From the IMG/VR virus record IMGVR_UViG_3300007169_000025, positions 1 to 64,000 of that record: 64,000 bases of DNA; one strand, 5' to 3'. Below, piece by piece: positions 10,418 through 20,405 of this stretch. Every line of letters begins with the position of its first letter. Position 1 is the stretch's first letter. The notes under the pieces were generated by a model that saw only the letters and a program-made list of their open reading frames with translations, did not search any database and was not told the origin of the DNA. The translations under genes were made by a program, and so were the position numbers. The stretch is from a virus.

Positions 10418-12169
10418 TTATCCTCTTCCTCCTGGTCGTGTACCTGTAACTAGGTTACCGTTAGCATCTGCATACCCTGTGCCAACAGAAACTGTACCGT
10501 TGGGATTAATTACTGTTGCTGGTACTGTGCTGTTTGACGGGCTTGCACCCGGCGCCCCAGGAACAAATGCCTTATTATTAGCTATGGCTCTTGGATTTTC
10601 TTTAGTTGGATCTGCGTTTGAGTGACCGGAGAATGGTTCGGCTGTGATAAAGTTAGCAACAATACTTTGTACATTGTCAACCTTACCAGTTCGTAGTCCG
10701 CCGCCCTCGAGGGCAGTTCCACCTTTTAGTGCTGCTTCTCGGTTAAACTTTGGTGCATCAAATGGTTGGTCTTTGTTTGCTGTTAGTGCCATTTGTGGTG
10801 CTGCAACTGCTGGTACAGGTATAACCGGTGGTAATACACTAGAGTTTAAATTAATAAGTGGTCCGCCAACAATATTAACTGCTCCGGCAGCGGCTGAGAT
10901 GCCAACTGTAGTTTTTGATTGTATTCTTGTTTCAAACGCAGAATCCAGTAAAATTCCGCCGGGCGTTGTCATCGAGATGCCGCCTATCGGTGCAGCCGCT
11001 GGATTTCCTGCGGTCATTCGTATTTTTCCGCCAATGCTTAAATCATAGTCGCCGCCTAGTGCTGTATGCTTCATGCTAGTAGTAGCTAATGCATTCAGCT
11101 GTCCCGCTGCTTCAATTCTTACGTCGCCACCGGTCCCTAAAGGTCCTTTACCAAGTTTGCTCATTGGATTTGGGCCTAGGTAATCGTATGTTGAAAGCAC
11201 ACCTATATTGTCGCCTGCTGCACGAATCTGTACGTCATTACCTGCTTCAATGTTAACATTTTTATCTGCTCGTAAATTAAAGTTGCCTCGGGTACGCATA
11301 CTAATGCCACCTTCTGCATAGATTTGAACATGGCCGTTCATATCCATTTCAAACCAGGCATTACCTTTCTTATTAATCAAATATATTAGACCCAACATGT
11401 CGTCCATTAATATCTGATTGCCTTGTGCGGTACGCAACCTTATATGGCGTGATCCGGATCTTAGGCCGTCGTCCATTATGAACTGGTGGCCGCCTAATCT
11501 AAGTTTTGGATCCTTGGGATCGGGAGGGCCAGGTGTTAAAATACCAAATACTTCGCTTGGTGCTTCTCTTCTTGAACCGCTGGTGCCTGTGCCTCTCAAA
11601 GGATCATTAATTAACCCTTGTTTAACAATCCACTCTGCAATGTCAACATGCATGGGCCGTGTTGCATCGTTGTGCGTAGTTTTTTCATCGCGCGGATTCT
11701 TTTCAGCTACTGGAACATTAATCCCCGACTCACTATAGCTTTTACCAGCTGGCACACCGGGTACCATATGGGTAAGCATAGGAGGAAACGTACAACCAAT
11801 AATATAAGGATATTTTCTATTGCCGTCTGCAAAACATACTAATACAACATTATCTTTGTCAGGTGGGCGCATCCACATGCCGTAGCTTTGTCGTGTGTTT
11901 TTATAATTTTTAATATCAGTGCCAGTGTTTGGTGTTGTTGCACCTGCGAATGGACTGCTCCAAAAACAATCAAATACACCATTGTTAGATCCTGCGTCTT
12001 TACCTAATTCAGGAATAAAAACCTGTATTTTTCCTGTAAATGCTTCGTCTTGTGTAGATCTAACAATACCAATGAAAATGCCCCATTTTTTATCAGCAGA
12101 ATCTTCTGCTCTGCCCACTGGGTCGTTAGTTAATCTATCAGTTACTGCGTTTGGTGCTTTTAATGCCAT
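10418..12169 (-). CDS. gp5: Baseplate hub/spike protein gp5-like (VgrG-type OB fold + beta-helix)
   Basis: GKIQVFIPELG, SYGMWMRPPD..NVVLVCF, GHQFIMDD and IRLRTAQGNQILMDD motifs, followed by beta-helix repeats. Confidence 0.8.
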   Translation of the reverse strand: MALKAPNAVTDRLTNDPVGRAEDSADKKWGIFIGIVRSTQDEAFTGKIQVFIPELGKDAGSNNGVFDCFWSSPFAGATTPNTGTDIKNYKNTRQSYGMWMRPPDKDNVVLVCFADGNRKYPYIIGCTFPPMLTHMVPGVPAGKSYSESGINVPVAEKNPRDEKTTHNDATRPMHVDIAEWIVKQGLINDPLRGTGTSGSRREAPSEVFGILTPGPPDPKDPKLRLGGHQFIMDDGLRSGSRHIRLRTAQGNQILMDDMLGLIYLINKKGNAWFEMDMNGHVQIYAEGGISMRTRGNFNLRADKNVNIEAGNDVQIRAAGDNIGVLSTYDYLGPNPMSKLGKGPLGTGGDVRIEAAGQLNALATTSMKHTALGGDYDLSIGGKIRMTAGNPAAAPIGGISMTTPGGILLDSAFETRIQSKTTVGISAAAGAVNIVGGPLINLNSSVLPPVIPVPAVAAPQMALTANKDQPFDAPKFNREAALKGGTALEGGGLRTGKVDNVQSIVANFITAEPFSGHSNADPTKENPRAIANNKAFVPGAPGASPSNSTVPATVINPNGTVSVGTGYADANGNLVTGTRPGGRG

Positions 12170-12186
12170 AATTTATTTGACCTGTT

Positions 12187-15100
12187 TTATCTCTTAATGT
12201 AAGGTTCTGGATCTTGTGGAACGCCGTTAATTCTAACTTCGTAGTGCAAGTGGTTGCCTGTGCTGCGTCCAGTACTGCCAACGCCCCCAACTAATGCTCC
12301 TGGTGATACCGGATCGCCAACACGCAGAGTTGGCGCATCAATCATATGTAAGTACCGGGTGGTAACTCGTTGGCCGTTGATAAGGCCGTGATCAATTTCT
12401 ATATAATTACCAGCAGCACTAGTGCCGTCCCAAGCTACTGCTCTGGATACTGTTCCACCTGCTGTAGCAAAAATTCTAGTTCCTGCCGGAGCGCCAATAT
12501 CGAGACCCTTATGATCCCTGCTCGCCCCAGGCGTTGGTTCTGCACGTGGACCAAAATCAGAAGTTACTGAAAGACCTTTAGCATCACCTAACGGGTGAGC
12601 GAACCCTGTACTGTTAGCTGCTACTGGTTTGTTACTACCAGTTACGCCCGGTGAACCAGGGCCGCCTCCAGCGCCACCCGGATTCCCTCCGCCGGTGGTG
12701 CTACCTGGACGTGGAGCCCTTACAAGATTATTAGCTAAGTTTGTTTCAGCATCGGTACGAATTGGATTACCGTTAGCGTCAAACTCGATGCCCCCAAAGT
12801 CTGAAGCAGGTTTACCGGGCTCTAGCGGCCTAATTTTATGTAGAGGCACCATGAAGTCTTTAGAACCTGTTAAACTAGTTGTGAATACACCGTTTTGAAA
12901 TTTATTTTCAACCTTCAATAATTTATAAACACCGCTGAACGAATTACTTAGGCCGTTCATATTCCAATATCCGGTATTATTATCTTCGTCGTTGAGATCT
13001 AAGTCAAACGGCGGCGGCGTTGCTACCTGTAATAAAATAAATGACTCGTTTGATGCACTTAATGCAGCTTCTTTTTCAGTTGACTTATCTCTTGCTGAAC
13101 CTAAATACCAGGGATCGCCTCGAATTGACATATCAAGTGCGATCATATCTTGACGGGTGGAATGCTTTGTGTACATATAGTTGAACAGCACGTTTGTAGG
13201 TGATGCTCGTTTTGAAATCATTGATGTTGCAGGACCAGAAGATGCAGGTGTTGAATCAACTGTAGCTGGCGGTCTCATTTCATAGGGATTAGGACCTAAA
13301 TCACTGGCTCGAATAAGTCCTGCATCGAGGATCTGCTGTAAAGTAAGTCCCCCGGCTCTTTCCATAATGTCAGTGAGCAAATCTTCAGCGTATGTTGCGC
13401 CTGATGATTCAGGTTTATATGGTGTACCGTCTGGATTCTTAACATTATTATTACCAGACCCTGCTGCCGCTGCTCGCTCTGCTTCAGCTGCTGAATTTGC
13501 AGCCTGATTCAATGTTCTAGCACTTAATTTATTTCTTAATTCTTCTGCTGCTTGTGTTGTGCCGCTCTTTATTGAATTTTTTAATGATTCAATATCAGCG
13601 GCGGCTGTAATGCCTAATGATTTTGCAATATTGCCTATTTGTCCTTCCGTCATACTCTTGAGAACATTAGCAAATTTTGCAGCATCTCTAGCCTTATCAA
13701 CCAAACCAAGCAACCCTCTTGCTGTGCTAAGATCAGCATTAAGAGGCTGTGTTGGATTCAACATCGGTGCTGTGATTAACTCTGTATCGCCAATCATACC
13801 ATTTCTAGGGGGTAGAAGTAAATTGTATCCGTTATCAAATTTTAAATTTAAATTTAGAATTTGGTCGTTCAATCCTGTAAACAAATACTTGTAGGATTTT
13901 AATAACTTCTTTTCTTTTCTTAATTTTTGTAATTTAAAGGTAGCAGCATTTTCCTGATTTCTACTTTGCTGATCAGTATCATCAGGGCCTAGTAATTTTA
14001 AATCTAGGTCCGGTCTTACTGTTTCGTATATTACAGGTCTGACGATGATTTTCTTTTGATAGTCGTTTCTAACCTTATCATACTTAATATATTCAACGTC
14101 CATCTCAACAGAAATCCAACTCAATGCTGCTTTTTTAATAGTTTTTGAAGTAGGATTATTAATGTTTTCTAAGTTTGTTGCACCGTTAACAAAGTTGTCA
14201 CAAATTGACAGAAGTTTAATAAAGAAATTATAAAAATCTGTTTTTGCAGGAACCATCCAGGAACCTTCTTTGTAAGTTATTTCTGCTTGCCCGGTATTAA
14301 CAAGAGTATTGGCCGCAGGAGCATCATTGGCTTTATCGGTAGCCGCAGCGCCACCGCTGCTTACAGCACTAGCTGGGTTAGTGTCCGGATCAGATGGTGA
14401 ACGAAGAGGAGAATTTGGAGGCAACAGTGGTTGTGAAGATCCTAGTAATCTACTAGTATCAAACACATATTCATCTGGGCCAACCCATTCTGCTGGACAG
14501 GTTTCTTTCAAGTAAGTATTAAGCGAACGCTTAAAACTGTCAACCGATTCTTGTACCGTTGACCCGGTACATTTAATTTCAACAGGAATTCTAAAATCTC
14601 TGTCATTGTATAAAATATTTTTTGTTGGGGTAGCTATAAAGTGATATTTGCTACCAGTTTGGTCAACATTAATTTCAATACTGTTTACTGCAATAATCCA
14701 TCCATACGGCCCGTCAACCAGTACTGGTGCGCCGCCTTTGTCTTCATCATCAGGATCAGCACTTCGTCCCATAAACGAAACCTCTAGGGACATCAAAAAT
14801 TGAGGACTGGTACTCTCAACTTTTAACCATTTTCTAGCTATTTGCATTTGGTCAATTAAATTTGCAGCTCCGGGCTGGATCAAATCAAATTCAATTTTCA
14901 TAGGCCAATAATTCAATGCATCGTCAACATTAGATACAATTGTTAAGTTGTCTATCACGATGCCAGTAACACCGGTTTGTGCAATAATAATTTGATCGCC
15001 AGGCTTTACAGGCTGAGTTCTACCCAATGCGGCGGGCGCCGGTGAGGCACTAGTAGTACCGCCGGAAGTGCTTGAGTTTCCAGTTGGCGTATCTGCTCTA

Positions 15101-15327
15101 GGGTTGGCCGTTGTTGTTGTGCCGCCGCTGGCAGATGCGTTACCTTGTGCGGTATTAACTACACTAAGATCTCGAATTACTGCTAATTTTATGTTGTATG
15201 TAGCGTTGTCGTATAAATCTAATACGTTACCGTATGCTCGTCCTAGATAAGGATCAAATATTTCTGGTACTGGTTTATCAACAGCGCCGCCTGTGGTAGC
15301 AGTGGTAGATGATGCTGGATCAGCCAC
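12187..15327 (-). CDS. Baseplate hub protein (gp27-like by position) with C-terminal M23 peptidase
   Basis: IRGDPWYL and FSGVYKLLKVENKFQNGVFTTSL hub-type motifs; C-terminal HKGLD and HLHYEV zinc motifs of M23. Confidence 0.7.
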   Translation of the reverse strand: MADPASSTTATTGGAVDKPVPEIFDPYLGRAYGNVLDLYDNATYNIKLAVIRDLSVVNTAQGNASASGGTTTTANPRADTPTGNSSTSGGTTSASPAPAALGRTQPVKPGDQIIIAQTGVTGIVIDNLTIVSNVDDALNYWPMKIEFDLIQPGAANLIDQMQIARKWLKVESTSPQFLMSLEVSFMGRSADPDDEDKGGAPVLVDGPYGWIIAVNSIEINVDQTGSKYHFIATPTKNILYNDRDFRIPVEIKCTGSTVQESVDSFKRSLNTYLKETCPAEWVGPDEYVFDTSRLLGSSQPLLPPNSPLRSPSDPDTNPASAVSSGGAAATDKANDAPAANTLVNTGQAEITYKEGSWMVPAKTDFYNFFIKLLSICDNFVNGATNLENINNPTSKTIKKAALSWISVEMDVEYIKYDKVRNDYQKKIIVRPVIYETVRPDLDLKLLGPDDTDQQSRNQENAATFKLQKLRKEKKLLKSYKYLFTGLNDQILNLNLKFDNGYNLLLPPRNGMIGDTELITAPMLNPTQPLNADLSTARGLLGLVDKARDAAKFANVLKSMTEGQIGNIAKSLGITAAADIESLKNSIKSGTTQAAEELRNKLSARTLNQAANSAAEAERAAAAGSGNNNVKNPDGTPYKPESSGATYAEDLLTDIMERAGGLTLQQILDAGLIRASDLGPNPYEMRPPATVDSTPASSGPATSMISKRASPTNVLFNYMYTKHSTRQDMIALDMSIRGDPWYLGSARDKSTEKEAALSASNESFILLQVATPPPFDLDLNDEDNNTGYWNMNGLSNSFSGVYKLLKVENKFQNGVFTTSLTGSKDFMVPLHKIRPLEPGKPASDFGGIEFDANGNPIRTDAETNLANNLVRAPRPGSTTGGGNPGGAGGGPGSPGVTGSNKPVAANSTGFAHPLGDAKGLSVTSDFGPRAEPTPGASRDHKGLDIGAPAGTRIFATAGGTVSRAVAWDGTSAAGNYIEIDHGLINGQRVTTRYLHMIDAPTLRVGDPVSPGALVGGVGSTGRSTGNHLHYEVRINGVPQDPEPYIKR

Positions 15328-15329
15328 GA

Positions 15330-15644
15330 TTAAGCACCTCTATACTTTAAAATATTGTCAATTGAAACAGAATTAGGAAGATATATCTGTGTACCTGCCT
15401 TAAAATCTCTAATTGGATCTATCAATACATCAGGATTTCGTAAAGCAAATACCCACCAAAGCCTAGAGTTTTCATAAAGTGCATGTGCTAAAAGATCCGG
15501 GCGTTCTTCGTAGCCGTATCCAATAACATAAGGCTCATCGTCATCAAGAATAGGTATTCTAGGTAATTCGTTTAGATCTAAAAATCTATCACCTAGTTGA
15601 ACGCTGCCTTTTAAAAAACTATCATTTCTAAAAAAAGTTGCCAT
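15330..15644 (-). CDS. gp53: Baseplate wedge gp53-like (LysM-like)
   Basis: RPDLLAHALYENSRLWWVFALRN motif. Confidence 0.8.
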   Translation of the reverse strand: MATFFRNDSFLKGSVQLGDRFLDLNELPRIPILDDDEPYVIGYGYEERPDLLAHALYENSRLWWVFALRNPDVLIDPIRDFKAGTQIYLPNSVSIDNILKYRGA

Positions 15645-16558
15645 TAGATAAACCCGTTCTTATATGCTTTACCGTTAGTAACATCACTGAGGCTAAATCT
15701 AGATCTCACCTTATGCGGTGTGTAAGACGGTGTTAGTGTTACTGATAAATTTAATTTTGTAGGCAGATAAGTTACTGTGCTCATTGTGCCCGGGCCGCAA
15801 ACAACTGGAACGTAATCAATATCATCCGGTAGTGTTGTGCCGTAGCTAGTAATAACTACAGGAACTTTATTAAATCCGTGTTCGCCTAAATATTCAAACA
15901 ACAAAACAGGCGGCGGTGTACCAAATGTACCTTCAGCAACTGAAGAATCACCAAAGTATGCTTTTGTTGCAATTCTCATAAAGATAAGCATTGCTAGCAT
16001 ATATCTTGCTTCATAGATGTCGTTAGCTGTAAAATCACCTGTAATGGTAATTTCATTAGGTCGACTATTAATGAAAGTTGTAATTGGGTAATTCATTCCG
16101 TGTAGCAATGTTTGATTGTATTCAACGCTGGCGCCCATGGTAACTGATGGGGTGTATTGCCAAACTAATCCGTTACTTTCTCGGATTGGTCTCATTAGAA
16201 AATCAGTGTCGGTACCGGCGGCGTAGAATCGTTCTTTACCGCCGGATTTAGGACGTAAGCGAGCCCGCCAGTCATAAGTAGTTTGTAATGCACCGGCTGC
16301 TTCGCTGTCCTTATAAACGGAGATTACAGTTTGAAGTTGATTATTAACAGCATTCAGTCTTTTATCAACTAAAGTTGAATAAGCCGATTCTCTAAAATCA
16401 GGAATGCCGCCGCCAAAGCCCGGAATGAACGAATTGAGCAACCCACCTGCAATATCTTTTACAAATGGATTTTTAATACCGCCAAGCGCCTTAGCAGCTT
16501 TTTGGTTCAAAAAACTGTCAATTGAGCGTTGTGTTGAATTCCATAATTGTGCAGACAT
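15644..16558 (-). CDS. Baseplate tail-tube initiator (gp48/gp54-like)
   Basis: YTPSV...GTPPPVLLFEYLG...VPVVITSY...P; SD GGAGG; position in the baseplate cluster. Confidence 0.6.
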   Translation of the reverse strand: MSAQLWNSTQRSIDSFLNQKAAKALGGIKNPFVKDIAGGLLNSFIPGFGGGIPDFRESAYSTLVDKRLNAVNNQLQTVISVYKDSEAAGALQTTYDWRARLRPKSGGKERFYAAGTDTDFLMRPIRESNGLVWQYTPSVTMGASVEYNQTLLHGMNYPITTFINSRPNEITITGDFTANDIYEARYMLAMLIFMRIATKAYFGDSSVAEGTFGTPPPVLLFEYLGEHGFNKVPVVITSYGTTLPDDIDYVPVVCGPGTMSTVTYLPTKLNLSVTLTPSYTPHKVRSRFSLSDVTNGKAYKNGFI

Positions 16559-16577
16559 TAGTAAGGTCCTCCAACAA

Positions 16578-16585
16578 TATTTATC
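16578..16585 (-). promoter_or_regulatory. Late promoter GATAAATA for the baseplate operon
   Basis: tatttatc upstream of SD GGAGG and the ATG at 16558. Confidence 0.7.
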
Positions 16586-16589
16586 AACT

Positions 16590-16606
16590 TAATTAAAATA
16601 TCTGTT
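16590..16606 (+). repeat. 17-bp intergenic element TAATTAAAATATCTGTT, copy 2
   Basis: Exact reverse complement of 8802-8818. Confidence 0.6.
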
Positions 16607-16637
16607 TATAAAAAAGTATTTCTGGACTAGAAAAGCA

Positions 16638-16665
16638 TTGACTGTTTTACAAAAGAATGTATAAT
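16638..16665 (+). promoter_or_regulatory. Sigma70-type promoter for gp55-gp47-gp46
   Basis: TTGACT-N16-TATAAT, followed by SD AGGAG and ATG 16689. Confidence 0.7.
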
Positions 16666-16688
16666 AGTTTTAAAATGTAGGAGATTAC

Positions 16689-17567
16689 ATGACAACTGTA
16701 AAGAAGCAAAATTATCTAAACAACAAAGACATCTTAAAAGAAATTCACAAAAGTAAGATGACCTATTGTTATGTTGAGGATGACAAGTACAACATGTACG
16801 ATATCATTCTTGATAATGTTAAAGATATCAACAAAAAGAACATTAAGAAAGCTAAAGAAAATAAGGCTGCAAGATTGCAGGCCGATCAATATGCTGAAGC
16901 AATGGCTACGTTTGACAGCAAGGATTATCGCAACAAGCCAAAGCAAAAAGAGTTTGCTATTGACATAAACGATATAGCCGATGAAGATGTTGTGTTTCGT
17001 GTTATGACCTACGAGCATATTCCCGAAGAGGAAGGCCGTAAGAAGAATCCAAAGAACGAAGCAGAAGAAAAGAGTCGTGTAAATTTCCCCCCATTTAAGC
17101 ATTATGCTTATCAAAACGGTGAGCTTAAAGAAGTTGTTCGCAGTCACTGGCAGGGCAGTATTAGTAACGGACATTTTTCAGCCGAACATGGTCGCATTAC
17201 AAACAAGTTAGGCACAATGTTCCTCAAGCTGGTTGAGCGTTACAGTCATCGTGCTAACTGGCGTGGTTATACCTACGTTGATGAAATGCGCGGGCAAGCA
17301 CTAGTACAGCTAAGTCAAGTTGGGTTACAGTTTAATGAAGCAAAATCAGATAATCCTTTTGCTTATTATACTGCCGCTGTAAACAACAGCTTTACTCGAG
17401 TATTAAACTTAGAAAAGCGTAATCAAACTATTCGCGACGATATTCTTATTGAGCAAGGACACTTGCCCAGTTTCAGTCGCCAGCTAGCGCACGAGCAAGA
17501 ACTACGAGCTCTTAGAGAAAACGTAGAAAGTGAACGTCCTGCACATGAGGAATATGACGACGTATGA
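16689..17567 (+). CDS. gp55: Late transcription sigma factor gp55-like
   Basis: NYLNNKD, NWRGYTYVDEM and FNEAKSDNPFAYYT motifs; adjacent to gp47/gp46 as in T4-like phages. Confidence 0.85.
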   Translation: MTTVKKQNYLNNKDILKEIHKSKMTYCYVEDDKYNMYDIILDNVKDINKKNIKKAKENKAARLQADQYAEAMATFDSKDYRNKPKQKEFAIDINDIADEDVVFRVMTYEHIPEEEGRKKNPKNEAEEKSRVNFPPFKHYAYQNGELKEVVRSHWQGSISNGHFSAEHGRITNKLGTMFLKLVERYSHRANWRGYTYVDEMRGQALVQLSQVGLQFNEAKSDNPFAYYTAAVNNSFTRVLNLEKRNQTIRDDILIEQGHLPSFSRQLAHEQELRALRENVESERPAHEEYDDV

Positions 17568-18580
17568 GTCAGCTGTTTAAGACAGCGGCTTGCTTTACAG
17601 ATATCCACTACGGTTTAAAGCAGAACAGCCGCATTCACTTAGACGATTGTCATCGCTTTGTTGATTGGTTTATTGCAGAAGCAAAAGCTCGAGGTGCAGA
17701 GACCTGTATCTTCTTAGGCGACTGGAGTCACCATCGTGCCAGCGTTAACGTTGCTACAATGAACGCTAGCATTAAAGATCTAAAAAAGCTCAATGACAAT
17801 TTTGAAAAAGTTTACTTTATCACTGGTAATCACGACTTGTACTACAAGGACAAGCGTGAACTTAACAGCGTAGAGTATGCTCGTGATCTACCCAATTTTG
17901 TAATGGTAGATGAAAAGTTTGTGCAAGATGACGTTGCTATTTTGCCGTGGCTAGTAGCAGACGAGTGGAAGCAAGTACAGAAGATGAAAGTTAAGTACTT
18001 GTTTGGTCACTTAGAGCTGCCCTACTTCAAAATGAACGCAATGGTGGAAATGCCTGATCACGGTGGTCTCAAAGCAGAGCATTTGAGTGGGCCAGAATAT
18101 GTGTTCAGCGGACACTTCCACAAGCGTCAATACAAGAACAACATTCACTATATTGGTAATGCTTTCCCGCACAACTATGCAGACGTTGATGACAATGAAC
18201 GTGGTGCTATGTTCCTAACATGGGGCGAAGAACCAGTATATGTGAATTGGCCAGACTGTCCAAAGTTTAAGGTAATTTCTCTTTCAGATTTATTAGACAA
18301 CCATGAAAAATTACTTGACAGTTATACCTATGCTCGTGTAAAGTTAAACATTAGCATCAGTTACGAAGAAGCTAATTTTATCAGAGAGAAGTTTGCTGAA
18401 CAGTATAATGTTAGAGAACTTCAGCTAATTCCCGTTAAAGAAGAAGAACAGGAATTTGTTGGGGGCGAAATTAAATTTGAAAGTGTAGACCAGATTGTTA
18501 TTAGCCAGTTGGATACTATCGAATCTAACACGGTTGAAAAAGAATTACTAATTAAGATTTACAACGGATTAGAAACTTAA
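17564..18580 (+). CDS. gp47: Recombination endonuclease subunit gp47 (Mre11/SbcD-like)
   Basis: TDIHYG, FLGD, GNHD and SGHFH metallophosphoesterase motifs. Confidence 0.92.
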   Translation: MSQLFKTAACFTDIHYGLKQNSRIHLDDCHRFVDWFIAEAKARGAETCIFLGDWSHHRASVNVATMNASIKDLKKLNDNFEKVYFITGNHDLYYKDKRELNSVEYARDLPNFVMVDEKFVQDDVAILPWLVADEWKQVQKMKVKYLFGHLELPYFKMNAMVEMPDHGGLKAEHLSGPEYVFSGHFHKRQYKNNIHYIGNAFPHNYADVDDNERGAMFLTWGEEPVYVNWPDCPKFKVISLSDLLDNHEKLLDSYTYARVKLNISISYEEANFIREKFAEQYNVRELQLIPVKEEEQEFVGGEIKFESVDQIVISQLDTIESNTVEKELLIKIYNGLET

Positions 18581-20361
18581 TGTTAAAAATCAGAAACGTC
18601 AGCGCACGAAACTTTATGAGTATCGGCGCACAGACACAGGCTGTTAATTTTGATAACTGTAACCTAACACTAGTACTGGGTCATAATCTAGACCTAGGAG
18701 GTGATGGTAGCCGCAATGGTACTGGTAAGACCACTATTATTAATGCATTAAGCTATGCACTTTACGGTGAAGCACTAACAAACATTAAGAAAGATAACCT
18801 TATTAACAAAACCAACGGTAAGGGAATGATTGTTACTGTTGATTTTGAAATTAACAATAAAAACTATCGCATTGAGCGCGGCCGTAAACCTAATATTCTA
18901 CGACTTATTGTTGATGGTAACGACACAGGCGATGCATCAAACGAAGATGATGATGCACAGGGCGATAGCAGAGAAACACAAAAAGAAATAGAAAAAATTA
19001 TCGGGTTTCCGCATGAAATGTTTAAACACATTATTGCGCTTAACACTTACACAGAGCCGTTTTTGGCTATGAAAAGTAATGACCAGCGAGCAATGATTGA
19101 ATTGCTGCTAGGTATTACTGATCTAAGTAAAAAGGCTGATGTCCTTAAGGAATTACTAAAACAAACTAAAGATTCAATCAAAGAAGAAGAGATACGCATT
19201 AGTACTGTTAAGCTCAGTAATGAACGTATTGAAAAAAATATCACAGAGATTGAGAGCCGTAGTAGAGCATGGGATAAAACTAAATCTGACAAACTAGCAG
19301 ATATGCTTACTACTATTGAGACTCTTAACGAAATTGACATTTCTATTGAGATTGAAAATCACAAGTTAAATCAGGAAAATAAAGAAAAGTCTGATTCTAA
19401 GACTGTTCTAGAAAACGAACGCGATCGTACTGAAACATCGCTTAATCGCAGTAATAAAAAACTATTCGAGCTTGAAAACAATATTAAAAACGCACTCGAA
19501 GGTGTATGTCCTGCATGTAAACAGAGTACTGCACATTTAGATACACACGAAGAATATACTAAAGATCTTTATATTAAACTTAATGAGGAAAAGAAGTATA
19601 ACAGTGAAGTATCAGCAAGACTAGCTGAAATAACTGAAGCCATAGATGCCTTTGGCGTTATTGATGATACTAAAGACACATTCTATGACACCCTTGAAGC
19701 AGCACTTGAGCACAAGCATAATTTAGAAACACTAGCTACTCAGTATGCTGAAAAATTAGATGAGGCTAATCCTTACATTGAGCAAATTAATAGTCTCAGG
19801 GAATCAGGCTTGCAGGATATTAGTTTTGATTTGATCAACGAACTAACTTATCTTAAGGACCATCAGGAATTCCTACACAAGTTGTTAACCAGCAAGGATA
19901 GTTTTATTCGTAAGAAAATTATTGATCAAAATATTAGCTATCTAAATCATCGACTTGCATATTATATTGAAAAAATTGGTTTGCCACACGATGTTAAGTT
20001 TAACAGTGATCTTTCTGTAGAAATCACAGAATATGGGCGCGATTTAGATTTTGATAATCTAAGTCGCGGCGAACGTAATAGATTGATTTTAAGTCTAAGT
20101 TGGGCGTTTAGAGACGTATACGAAAGCCTCAATCATCCAATGAACCTAATGTGCATCGACGAGCTCATTGATTCAGGGATGGACACTATCGGTGTTGAGA
20201 ATTCACTCGCTATTCTTAAGAAAATGAATCGTGAGCAGCATAAGAATATTTTCCTCATTAGTCATAAAGAGGAATTAGTTGGGCGAGTTAATAACGTATT
20301 AACCGTTATTAAAGAAGGTGGCTTTACCAGCTACAACACTGATACTGAATATGTAGAATAA
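18580..20361 (+). CDS. gp46: Recombination ATPase subunit gp46 (Rad50/SbcC-like)
   Basis: Walker A NGTGKTT, CPAC zinc hook, LSRGE signature, IDE Walker B, ISH. Confidence 0.93.
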   Translation: MLKIRNVSARNFMSIGAQTQAVNFDNCNLTLVLGHNLDLGGDGSRNGTGKTTIINALSYALYGEALTNIKKDNLINKTNGKGMIVTVDFEINNKNYRIERGRKPNILRLIVDGNDTGDASNEDDDAQGDSRETQKEIEKIIGFPHEMFKHIIALNTYTEPFLAMKSNDQRAMIELLLGITDLSKKADVLKELLKQTKDSIKEEEIRISTVKLSNERIEKNITEIESRSRAWDKTKSDKLADMLTTIETLNEIDISIEIENHKLNQENKEKSDSKTVLENERDRTETSLNRSNKKLFELENNIKNALEGVCPACKQSTAHLDTHEEYTKDLYIKLNEEKKYNSEVSARLAEITEAIDAFGVIDDTKDTFYDTLEAALEHKHNLETLATQYAEKLDEANPYIEQINSLRESGLQDISFDLINELTYLKDHQEFLHKLLTSKDSFIRKKIIDQNISYLNHRLAYYIEKIGLPHDVKFNSDLSVEITEYGRDLDFDNLSRGERNRLILSLSWAFRDVYESLNHPMNLMCIDELIDSGMDTIGVENSLAILKKMNREQHKNIFLISHKEELVGRVNNVLTVIKEGGFTSYNTDTEYVE

Positions 20362-20405
20362 CCAAGATCAATTATTAATGTTCATTTTCATATTTAAATA
20401 TGAAT

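Noticed and set aside
10415-10420. Stop-codon readthrough joining gp5 to the next ORF
   Set aside because: The stop is TAA and the downstream ATG has a strong SD, so independent initiation is the simpler explanation.
9663-15250. Numerous + strand ORFs of 60-198 aa (similar antisense ORFs occur within the tape measure, fibre, cyclase and sheath genes)
   Set aside because: Antisense shadows of well-supported genes, with no recognisable domains.
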